Source: Orbicella franksi (Eukaryota). Taken from it: a stretch of DNA of 64,000 bases. Of this stretch, positions 12,608-23,797 are shown piece by piece. Below the pieces are notes generated by a model. The model made no database searches and was not told the DNA's origin. It was given only the letters and a program-made list of their open reading frames with translations. Numbering within the stretch: the stretch's first letter is position 1; every line of letters starts with the position of its first letter. The position numbers were made by a program, and so were the translations under genes. Location: positions 11,656,001 through 11,720,000 of the forward strand of contig OZ116702.1 of the NCBI GenBank assembly GCA_964199315.1, read 5' to 3'.

Positions 12608-14794
12608 GGCATGACCTGAAACGCGTCACTATCAGTTTTGCTAGCTAGCACAGCCGATGTAGACGACCAAATTTAAATCCTTCACAAGTAATATGTGCAT
12701 AAGTGTTCATAAGTGTTACGTAAGTTCATATGTTGGACTTGATTTTCTTTCCCTAAGTGTTTCTGATTTTTTGATGTATTTGTTTTAAGTATTGTTATTT
12801 TTTTGTAACCTCTTTCAGGGTGTGGTGGCCACATGACTGGTGACGGTGAGAATTTTACGTCACCGAATTATCCCAAATCTTACCCCGTCGACAGCGAGTG
12901 TATTTGGACTATAGTTACAACTCCTGAGGACACTATTGAACTGAAATTTCACGATTTCCATTTAGAAAATACTGGTACTTGTCGGTTTGACTTTGTAGAA
13001 ATCCGACAAGGCGGCACTCGCTATTCACCACTCATTGGCAAATTTTGTGCGAGTACAATCATTTCACCCATCAACTCAACCGGAAACTCACTCTTCATTA
13101 GGTTCGTGTCTGATGGAACAGTCAGTGAAAAAGGTTTTCGAGCTACGTGGAGAAGGATTTCGCACAAAACTCCCACAACCCCAACTATCCGAGTTTCCAC
13201 CACACCAACACTGGCGAAAGGTAAGCAACGCTGTTCGTATGTTGTTCTCTTCAATACTAGCGCATTGTCTCTTGACTGAAGTGACTCTACCCACTGCTTA
13301 TCATATCAAAGAGACTGTCGTTTTCGGAAATCCGGAGCCTGTTGCCAAGAACAAAATGTATCTCCTAGAGTGAAGCACTCTCTGTCATCACAAGTCGTTC
13401 TTATCGACATTAAAGGGACAGAGTCAGCTGGCGCACATCCGCATTAGATACTATTTCATAGCTATTTGCATATCACGGAGACGCGATCCATACTGCTTTT
13501 AACCAAATAGGATAAAATAATATCATAGGATGAGCAAAAGCACACTCAAAAACAGGTTTTTCAGTAAACGATTGAAAATCAAGCAAAACGCTACGAAGAT
13601 TGAAGCGGATTTCTAGATGTACTAGACGCGTATCTTTGATTTCAGGTTGAGGTGAACTGTTTTCAAAGTGGGAAAACTGGTATCCCGGTCAGCGCGGTCC
13701 TAAAGCTGACTGTGTCCCTTTAAAGATAAATTAGACAAAGAGGCACCGGGAAAGTGTCTCATGCATGCAATCGTGTCGTGAACTGCCGGTAGTTTTCTAA
13801 CTCTAACTTCTAGCTCTTTTACTTCTTTTTATCGTCAGAGTGTGGAGGTGTCTTAAATGAAGAAAATGGGGAAATTACTAGCCCAGGCTACCCAAACCCG
13901 TATCCATTAAACAAGCAATGTACCTGGGTCATTTTGGCAAAAGAGGGCAAAGCAATTGAATTAACGTTCCGAGCATTTGAACTGGAGAGGCACTCTAACT
14001 GCCGTTATGACTACTTGGAAGTGCATGACGGCGATGGACCACAAATGCCTTTGCTTGGGAAATTCTGTGGTAACGTGGTTCCTGCTCCCGTCAAATCTTC
14101 GCAAAACGCCATATACATAAAGTTTTACTCTGATGGACTTACTCCCAAGCGCGGATTTACACTTAAATGGCAGACCTTTGAACGGCAATCCCCGACATCT
14201 GGGCCTCCTCCCTCGCCCGATGGAAACAAAGGTATGGTATTTGTCTATTCGAGTATGTACCGTGCTCTTATAAGTTCTACTGGAACTTAAGGCTGCTACA
14301 TCGGCTAATTGTGGCATAGATTGGATTCTTCACGCGCTATGATTGTCAAGTAAGTTGTACATATATGAAGGAAGCAATGTTTTACGTTTCACTCGCCGTC
14401 AGAGAGCCTATAAGAAAGCCTAAGCCAATACCATCTGTTTGCATGATAGAGCGGTTTTCAATTGAGTGTCGTAAAGCCAAAGCCAAATTAATCACTCAAG
14501 CCAATCAAAAAGGCCATAAACATTACAGTGAGCCAATCAAAACCCGAAGTAATTACAAGTAGCTGACGCAAAGCGCGGGAAAACGAGTGCAAACGAGTTA
14601 CGATTGGTTTTGGTTTTACTTCTGATTCGATGAAAAATTGGCGGGAGTATTTTAAGCCAATCGCGTAGAGTAGTAAGCGCAAAACCAATTACTTTTCGAC
14701 ACTCAAATCAGAACCACTCTGTACATGTATCTAATAATTATTCCACGAGACGCGTTGGACATGAGATGGTACTACGCGCCTCGCTGGCTGTAAC

Positions 14795-14827
<33 letters not shown>

Positions 14828-17569
14828 CGTTTTATAAAAACGCCCCCAAAACATTGAAAACTAAAATAAAAACGTCCCAAAAAAGTACGCGTACGTTTAC
14901 CATATTTGTAGAGCATGGTATAATTAAAATTGGTTCGTGCTTAGCGTGCGTATATCGAGTTATGGATGCTCACGGGAAGTTTGGAGAGCACGAAAGAAGC
15001 GTAAGAGTTGCTCGAGGCGACAGCCGAAAGCAACTCTAGCTTCTTGTTATAATGTTATATTGGCTCATATAATACCATGATGGCTAAGCCAATGAAATGG
15101 AAAATTACACATTTGAGGTCTAGACTGAAAGCTCTTAGTGAGTGAATGAGTCTAGGTCAGTACATTGGGTCGCTTTTCGAGATCTCAAAAGCACATTATT
15201 TTCTGAAAAGGTATCGGAAAACCATCTTCTATTTGTTTCGAATAAAAACTGACGACATGAATAATAACGCTTCTTCCGGCGGTCAAGAGTGCACGGCAAT
15301 GTCGGCAATGCAAAGAACGCATAAAGTGGTTGAGCTTCAATGTTTTCCTCAACGATGTGTTTATGAATGTATGGAGACACTGTTTCCAATTCATAGTTCA
15401 TCCTCTGATCATGATATTAAAAAATTCTGTGGAGTCCGACGAACTTAAATGTTTACGTAGCAGTTTTGACAACAACAACAACAACAGCTTTATTTATCCC
15501 TTTTTTTATGAACGTATGGAGACACTGTTTCCAGTTCATAGTCCATCCTCTGATCATGACTTTAAAAAATTCCTATACCTTGTTTTTGGGGGGGTTTTTG
15601 ATCAGCTTCTTTTTGAAAATTTACGTATTTTTAAACTTGCCGCTATACAAATAACAAGAGTGAAGTGTTCTGACCACACATCAGTTTGGCTAGACATATG
15701 CTCTTACCTCTACGCATTTGTAGTGTCCGGCTTGTTTTGTTAAATAATTTGCAGCCAATGCTGAGCAGTACTCGGCTTCTTTCTTATTCGATTTGTTATT
15801 TTGTGCTCTATTTTTTACAGCTTGCGGCGGCACATTTACCACGATGTCTGGTGCTATGCAGAGCTCTCTCTATCCAGAGAACTACCCCGTAGACGTGCTA
15901 TGTCAGTGGGTTATCCAACTACCACCACAGTACAGAATACGCCTGGAGTTCATGGACTTTCAATTGGAAGCGAGCAGAAGCTGTCAATATGATTTCGTGC
16001 TAGTAATGGACGGTTCACCTTCCTCGCCAACCGCTCTAGGGAAATTTTGTGGAAACTCAAGTAAGAACGTTGTGGACTCTAGGACCAATGTAATGACTGT
16101 TCTGTTTAAGTCGGATGAGACAAAGACCAAGAAAGGATTTCAAGCTTACTGGTATGCTCAGCCGGCCATCATTAACATTACACCTTCTCCTATAACACCG
16201 ACAAAAGTTCCATCGAACGAAATTAACGGAACTGGTGAGTGCAACAAAGACAACGTGAACTTTATTGCTAAGTTTGTAAATATAGCATTTGCAAGGTAAG
16301 AGACACTAAGAGAAAAATAACTGGCTAATCTAGTTGAGTATTTATTCATCCTTTTTTAAAACGTCTCTATATCAGTTAACTTCTAGAACAGTTAACTTCT
16401 TACACTCTTAACTTCTTCGTCTAAACGTGTACTGTGCGTGCATTTTGCGTCCATTGAAGGGGTACAGATCAAACCGAAATACGGTTTCTTTGTTTCTAAC
16501 TTGCAGAGTATACATTGAGCGAAGAAGTATCTTTAATTTTCTGCTCTTCCTTGCCCTGCCCTAGAGTAAAAATTCCACCTAATGATCGTATTTAGTGTTT
16601 TAATGAAGATACGAGAGAATCCATCCAAAAATTAAAATGACGAAGCGTAGTTACCGACAAATTATCCTCCAGCTAATGACTATACTTAAACTTTTAGATT
16701 GCGGAGGAAAACGCATGCGTCCAAGTGGTGATATCTTCTCACCCTCTTACTCCATTTCTTCGTCCGTACCAGCTGACTGCGTGTGGATTTTGTCAGTGTA
16801 CGATGGAGACAAAATTGCGATCGGTTTCAACGAGTTTGATTTAGCCGTCGCTGTAGACTGCGCTTCTGAGTATGTGGAATTGAGGGATGGGGAATCGGAC
16901 GACTCTCCTCTGCTGGGACGGTACTGCGAATCTGCACCGATGGTGGTACTCGGTTCTACGAACAAGATGTGGATGCGCTATTATTCGGTTGGGACGGGAA
17001 GGAAAGGTTTTGAAGCTACCTGGACTACAATGAAGCAGACAACGCAGGTGGAAAAACCTAACAGTCCAGAAGTGGGCGATGTGAAGAAAACGGAATCTCT
17101 TCCTTATCCACCAAGTAAGTTGCACTTTTATCGTAAGAGTTATAAAAATCTTTTTTTCTCCTTGCCATATGAGGAAACTGTCTTGTGAACAAGGGCTGAG
17201 CGTAGAGGTAAAGAAATTTATCAAGTACAGGAGGTTGTCTTGGCTGCCAATAAGGTTATAGGAGCACTCACAATGTCATCGTTCAATTGACCACATGTTA
17301 TCTTTAAAGAGAGAGATTAATTTTTTCTTAGACCCATACATGAAAACAAGTTCTTTACCGTAGATATAATCTGTAGATGCCAAGGTATCTTAATCTATCT
17401 TATTATATGGCTAGCTCCGTGAGCGGGCAAGATGAATCAAATCCTGCGCTGTGATTGGCTACCCGAGCAGGCAAGATGGAGCTATCTTGCCCGCTCGGGA
17501 CTATCCGCCGTGTCCCGCAAGAAAAATTTCCCCGAAAGCCATGTAATAAATCCTTTATTGACCAAGCTT

Positions 17570-17604
<35 letters not shown>

Positions 17605-20600
17605 TTTTTTACAAGTTTATGGACCTCGCAAAAAAAACTCGCAAAAAAAGAACTTGGCCAATATCCAGTCGTCTTGACCTCACACTTGGTCGATCACCCA
17701 TAGATATTTTCGTGTTGCGGTTAATATACACTCAGCTGTTCACGAGACGATCATATATATGGTTCAGATCCAGCTATCAGGCAATCTGGTTACTGATTGG
17801 CGTTATCTGGTCAAAGATGTAGCCTTCATGGTTTTTGGAGGCTCGCCTCATAGGGCAGTTTTCAAACACTTGTTTTGCATTACTACCTTACACAATGGGC
17901 TTACACGCGCTCCTTTCTCAGCCAATCAGAAGTAAAACAAAAACCAATTGTGAGTTGGTGGCACACGTTTTCCTGCGCTTCGCGTTAGCTACGTGTATTT
18001 GCTTGAAGTTAATTAATTCACTAGATTTTCTGTGTCCTTGGTGATTAGTCAGAGTGATAACCTTTGTTTTGGTTTACTACACTCAAATGAAAACCGCTCT
18101 ATATGTAATGGTATATACCGTTGAATGATCTATCTCGTATTACTATAAATCTACTAACGTTCTATCACGAATGCCGTTCTCTGATTGGCTACGCTACTCA
18201 CTGTCTATGCTGTGATAGATAGTGAGTAGCGTAGCAGTGTGCGCTTGTTAACAAAATAACGGCAGCTTCTTGGCGTTTTCAAGGTGTCTGTGAGGAGGAT
18301 TTAGATAAACTTTTGAAGTACTAGTAGAATTATACTTAAAAGATTAGATTATTCGCTCTCGATTTCTATGCGTCATAGTTGACTCGGGCTACACCCTCGG
18401 CAACTATCACGCGATAGAAATCTCGAGCTCATCTAATTGTTTATTATTAGGCGATGCAACATTATCTAAAGTTATTTGACTGCAAAAAAGGCAATTGGCA
18501 ATTTTTACACATGTGCCTTCTATACTTAAAGAAGCACTGCTAGTTACCAAAAACGCAGATCGAGTGATGCACCGTGCTGGCACTTCTCTATTTTTGCCCT
18601 GCGTGTAAGTGTTTACTATTTCCTTTGGTTGCTTTTGTTTTTCGTTTGCCACTTTTCCCCATGAAGTGGAGAAATAATAGACGGTTCTACGTATGATACT
18701 CATTTTCTGCGTTTTCTAGAAGCATTCCGCCATTTATTCCTTTTCTGCTTCTTGTGATAAACAATTATTTTGTGCCAGATTTATTTAATTTTATTTCTTT
18801 TATCAAAGAAAAATGCGTGGAGGCCCTTGGTATTGAGAATGGTGGAGTCAAAGATGGCCAGCTGACGGCCTCTTCTGTGTGGATGGGTGTGAACACATTT
18901 GGTCCTCAGCAAGCCAGACTTCACAACCAAAAATGGCCACAAGGCTGGAGTGCTGACCTAACTGATAAACAACCATGGCTTAAAGTGTCGTTGCAGTCGG
19001 ACTATGTGATTACTGGCATCGCCACGCAAGGTTATGGTAATCCAGTCTTCCGTGAATGGGTTGAAAGCTATTACTTAGTCTGGCTGGACACTAAGGCTGG
19101 TGAAGTCTTTTATCGTGAGGATGGCAAAGTCAAGGTAGGCGTATGTCTGAAGGTTTTTTTGCATTTTCCTTCCACTTTTAACCCTGTCTAATTTTTCAAG
19201 AAAATAGTTTTACTTTAAGGGAACAGTAGAACGTCCTGAAGACTGAAAGAAATTAATTCAAACCAATTTAGTTACATAAAAAAAAACTTCTCTCTGAGAT
19301 TATTTGAATTTATTAGGTTTTAGATGGTAACAGTGATCACGATACCGTTGTCCGTCATGTGCTAAAGGAGCCCTTTATAACTAAAGAAGTAACTGTCCGG
19401 CCCAGAATGTGGAAGGGCAGCGTTGGCCTTCGAATGGAGTTATACGGATGTAAACTTGGTAAGCTCTGTTTATGTAAGAGCCTTGGCGACTCTGTACATG
19501 GAAGCGAAGGAATGTGTGAAGTGTGTGAATGTGTGAAAAGAGCAGTGTCATTATTTGATTTTCTATTGTAAATGTATTCTGCTGATCACATTACATCATT
19601 TTTACACGATTAATTTAGTTTCTTATTCATTTCACTTCTGAGGTTCGTATAACTTCGAGAGTTGCTTGTAGTCTTCAACTAAAATTCAAGTTCTGTTTTC
19701 TTTCGCTACCTCGTCACGAGGTGCCAAACAGACCGTAAGAAAGAAAGAGAAACATTTTTTTCTGGTGATTTCCCTTCTCAAAACTCCAAGGTTAAATTTG
19801 CTAAACCTTATTGCTAGGGTCACGTCCATGAGGTGATAGCTGAAGTTAATGTTAAAAAACCTCTTTATTCAGATGATTGTCAAGAACCACTTGGACTAGG
19901 AAACCGAAACATTAAAGATGAACAACTGACAGCATCTTCTGCTTGGGGCGATAATCCAGAAAAGTTCGGTGCTCACAGGGGCCGGCTCAATTTAGATCGC
20001 TGGCCTCAAGGTTGGACAGCCAGTGTAGAAGACACTTCTCCGTGGTTTCAAGTGAATCTGAACGACCCTATTATTGTAACGAGAGTAGCTACGCAAGGAT
20101 ACGGAGGGCCTGCGGGAATTGGTCAATGGGTAGAGAAGTACCGATTGTCTTGGGAAAATGAAGAGGGTACTTGGCGCAATTACTCCCATCCTCATCGTGT
20201 AAGCAGTTCAGCTGTCCACTGGAAGAACAAGGTGATTTACTTTTCTTAAACATCTGGAACATCAAAGCGCGATCTTAGAAGCATTTACTTACTGCATGAG
20301 AAGCGTAAGAGCAATGCACGAGCTAAGAGCAAGCGAAGGTAACTCTAGATTCATATGCAATCTGCAACTGGACTCTCAAGTGACCCTTACCTCAATTAGA
20401 GCATAGCTACAACAAGAACCAAATCTTTTATAACATAAGAACAGGGATGGGAAAAACGTGAGAGGCAAATTGTATTCGAATGATAGACTCAAAATTCTGT
20501 TTTATGCCTAGTAAAGATACAGAAACTCTTTCAGCTCCGTTTTTGTTTTCCCTGTCGATGCTTTGTGGGACTAGAAGAACTTGTCACTAGTTCCTGCGTT

Positions 20601-23600
20601 TTAGTGTGCAATGTAGGTTTCCAAAGTACACTAAAACGAGGAAACAAACCTTGTCTAATCTTAACCTTATTTTGCAGGTATTTCATGGAAATAAAGACAA
20701 GACGACAGTGGTGTCACACACTTTGCAGAATGTCTTAAAGTCAAGCAAAATCCGTTTCTGGCCCCTGGTCAAGCATGACTTTGTTTCCATGCGGACGGAA
20801 CTGTATGGCTGTATGGGAGGTATAGGTTACTTCTTATTCTCAAAAATCTGGCGTCGTCCTATTCTGAAATGCTTGATGATCTTCAGTTAAAGGTGCTATA
20901 AACAATTGTACCTCCTTGAGTACAAAGCTCGTGTCACCACCGAGGGTGCAAATCATGTGTTGAATACTTAGCAATTTATGCGCTCAAATGTCGTTGAATA
21001 TTTTTTAAAAGTCTCGATCAATTCAGTTGATCACCATGCTGAGTATCCTTCCTTCTCTTTGCATCTAAGTGTACAGCAATATTTCAATAAAGCGATACCA
21101 TTAAGCCGTCCTCTCTTGATTGAATTTCCCCCCATATGCAGCTGCATTAATTTTGCGGCTTAGAAATATATTGTCTAAACGTTGTTCGCTTATGTTCTTT
21201 AAAACCTTACAGAATCTTCAAAAACCGTAACTGAATGCACTACAATTGGTCATCGCATGACTGGTGAATCAAATCCACCCAGCAAAAAGGATTGCCAATG
21301 GCATGTCACTTCATCCAAAGAGGACGGCACGGTAACACTCAAGTTCACAGCTTTTGACTTCTCAAAAAGCGATCCTTTCTGTAGCAAAGACTACATTGAA
21401 GTCAGGAACGGCCTTACTAAACATGCTCCCGTAATAGGAAAATACTGTGGAGGCAAGATGCCTGCTCCAGTGCAATCTTCGGGAAATGGTCTCTGGGTTC
21501 GTTATGTGGTGTCTGGTGAGATCAAAACTAGGATTGGCATGACTTACCATGATGGTCCTAAAGCCCCTGTACAAAGAGAGAAAGGTATGTTAGTTTTCCT
21601 GTTTGTATGAAGATTCCTAAACTGTAATATACCCAGGGTTGCAATGTTGCACGATGTTGCAATGTTCCCAAGAGGAACAACAACCCGCGATTGAGCCTGC
21701 CCTAGATCTGAAATACTGCCCCGTTCGCTATTAAAAAATTCGACATTGATTTCATATTATGCTGTTTATTCTCAGATCAACTTACAGTTCTTTTGCTCTT
21801 AACTGTTAAATGGCTTTTGTTGTCGCAAAGCTGCATTTGGTGTCTTTTTTTAAAGATTTTTATCATCATTTTTCATTTTTTATCAGAAAATCTGTCCCAT
21901 GTATTTATCGATCAATCTAAGTGAATTGCGTTGTTTGATAATTTTCTGTTCCATTTGTAGGATGTGGAATTCGAAAACATTCAACTCCACCCAGCCAAAC
22001 GGACGGACGTACGCCCAAACAATGGCCTGGACAATGGCCCTGGCAAGTAGCCCTACTTCTTATGGGACAGTCTGTTCAACAGTGTGGTGGGGCTCTTATT
22101 GCTCCTCGGTGGGTCCTCACAGCAGCTCACTGTTTTAAAAGGTAATGTTCATTTATATTAGTCACTTCTCTTCCTAAAAGCGGAAGCATAATAATGCTTA
22201 GTGAAACCTATGGTAATAGTTTCAATGCAGTCATCAAATTTTAATTTTCCATTGTGGGAGAAATTCCAAGGAGAACATAGCGCACAGATAATCAAATAAT
22301 CAGATTGTTGTTTTTTGTTTTTTCGTGTGTGTGAGGTAGGGTTAATCCCCTTCTACCATTGGGTACATAGTGGCCATTTTAATGCCTAACGATTATCTCC
22401 ACACTCTTTAAGTGTTGCTGACTGAATGTTATCATTACAGCGACATCCCGCCTATACGTTACTGCTATAACTCGCATATGTTCATTTGACTATGCTGTGT
22501 ATAATATCGATGGCTGTTAACATTTCAATTTGCTTCTCAGTAATACAGGGCTATAAAGCCGTCCAACCCATTCCGTACTGCCCATTTCAGATGGCTGCGT
22601 CGTACCTTTGTTGCTCTCGTTTTCGCTGTTTACTTGAAATGCAAGTTGACGAAATAAGAAGTTTATTTATTCCGCGTAAATCATACTTTTTATTACTTAA
22701 GGTCATTCCACTGAAATAGAACCTGCACTGAGATGTTTGTCAATCTTTACCTATTGATTTTTTATATTATATGAACTTTTGAAATAAAAATTTAGGGGTC
22801 CCTGTGTTCGTTTAGGAGCAACAGCAACTAGTTTTTACCAAATAAATCCTTATAATCGCACCATGATCATAGTCACGATTTCTTGCTAAATTCACGTTTC
22901 CGACGATTGCTTCTTGTTCTACGCTGAGAATTTGGTCCTTATTTATTTTACATAGAGAAATTTATTACTCAATTCAAAACAACAGAAAAAAAAATGATAG
23001 GTCACCGTACTCGCTTTTCAGAAAATGACGATTTACCTCTATGGCGAGGTCCAGCCGTAAAGAAAAGCCGCCATTTTTTAATGCGCGCGCGCTAATCACG
23101 CGTGAAATTACGCGCAGTAGGGATGCGCAATGCAGTGCTGGGGAATGACCTTAACTCCGTACATATCTCTCATACTAATAAAGCACAGTTCCGGGTAAAA
23201 TTCCCTACTTGCATTTGCAGGTTCAAGCAGCCTCTTCAATGGGTCATACGTGCCGGAGAGTTTGATCTCACCCTAGAGGAAAATTCCGAGCAAAACATAC
23301 GAGCTGAAGCAATATATGTTCATTCTTCATACATATCTGCTACAAACGAGAATGATATTGCCTTGGTGTACCTCGAAAAGCCGGCGCAGGTGAACGACAC
23401 AGTTGACATAATTTGCCTTCCCGATGAAGGAGACGTTCAGCCTGGAAGCTCTTGTGCTTCTGCAGGGTGGGGTTTTACACCAAATCTGCATCATACTTCT
23501 GCGCCACTAAGATCACAGGTGGTGCCCGTTGTATCTCGCCAGGAATGTAATAGATTCAGTTCCTACGGCGGTCTGGTAAAAGAAGGAATGATTTGCGCAG

Positions 23601-23797
23601 GGTTTGCGAAAGGCGGCGAAGATAGCTGTTACGGAGATGGTGGAAGTCCTCTCATGTGCCAAATCTCGCAAGGAAAGTGGGTTGTTGGCGGGATTAATAG
23701 CTGGGGGCAAGGTTGCGGACTCCCTGGCAAGTATAGTGTGTACACATTCACGGAGAAGTACCGAGACTGGATTAATCGACACTTGCAAGCAAACTGA
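8574..23797 (+). CDS. Secreted CUB(x5)-F5/8C(x2)-CUB-trypsin-like serine protease homolog (catalytically inactive), ~1393-1404 aa
   Basis: 14 GT-AG exons in one consistent frame: 8574-8637 ([22 protein letters not shown], signal peptide), 9281-9301 (micro-exon VQAQLV), CUB exons 11847-12251, 12819-13220, 13839-14231, 15821-16234, 16698-17114, F5/8C-1 18809-19134 + 19317-19458, F5/8C-2 19873-20198 (or -20231) + 20678-20819, CUB6 21213-21584, protease 21961-22141 + 23221-23797. CDS is 4182 or 4215 nt, both multiples of 3. Motifs include CGG..SP.YP..YP, C.YD, LGxE..TASS..GW..TQG..ELYGC, WPWQV, TAAHC, NDIAL, and GDGGSP in place of GDSGGP. Confidence 0.93.
12531..12608. repeat. (GAT)n microsatellite with GAC interruptions, intronic
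   Basis: About 26 trinucleotide units read directly between CUB exons 1 and 2. Confidence 0.95.
13414..13719. mobile_element. Kolobok-like MITE (TTAA TSD), 306 bp
   Basis: TTAA|AGGGACAGAGTCAGC ... GCTGACTGTGTCCCT|TTAA; 14/15 TIR match. Confidence 0.8.
14447..14721. mobile_element. MITE family A copy
   Basis: Left end TAGAGCGGTTTTCAATTGAGTGTCG, right end CGACACTCAAATCAGAACCACTCTG (imperfect ~25-bp TIR); similar to the copies at 3646 and 17851. Confidence 0.75.
14737..15045. repeat. Interspersed repeat with two long hairpins
   Basis: Hairpin 14737-14827 (ATTATTCCAC..GTTGGACATGAGATGGT / ACCATCTCATATCCAAC..GTGGAATAAT) and hairpin 15004-15037 (AGAGTTGC..GCAACTCT). Confidence 0.6.
15360..15572 (+). 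repeat. ~68-bp direct duplication (15360-15427 and 15505-15572) flanking an (AAC)n tract
   Basis: TTTATGAA(T/C)GTATGGAGACACTGTTTCCA(A/G)TTCATAGT(T/C)CATCCTCTGATCATGA..TAAAAAATTC occurs twice. Confidence 0.85.
17404..17702. mobile_element. Interspersed repeat family B (non-autonomous element)
   Basis: Shares GATTGGCTACC..GGCAAGATGG..GCCCGCTCGGGA..TTATTGACCAAGCTTGTTCG..CAAGATGGCT..ATATTGGCC with 42405-42633. Confidence 0.75.
17851..18101. mobile_element. MITE family A copy
   Basis: Left end TAGGGCAGTTTTCAAA, right end ACACTCAAATGAAAACCGCTCTA. Confidence 0.7.
18150..18447. mobile_element. Interspersed repeat family C with internal palindromes
   Basis: Colinear ~300-bp match with 54272-54569; contains the palindrome ACTCACT(G/A)TCTAT..ATAGATAGTGAGT and a 3' hairpin GATTTCTAT..ATAGAAATC. 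Confidence 0.8.
22701..23150. mobile_element. Kolobok-like MITE (TTAA TSD), 450 bp, in the intron splitting the protease domain
   Basis: TTAA|GGTCATTCC ... GGAATGACC|TTAA. Sub-terminal motifs TGCGCATCC(C/T)TACTGCGC and ACCGTACTCG are shared with the element at 63425. Confidence 0.75.

Noticed and set aside
8574-23797. Calling the mosaic gene MASP/C1r/C1s, tolloid/BMP1, cubilin, ovochymase or neuropilin
   Set aside because: No EGF, CCP, astacin, MAM or TM exon was found between the modelled exons, and the domain order fits none of them.
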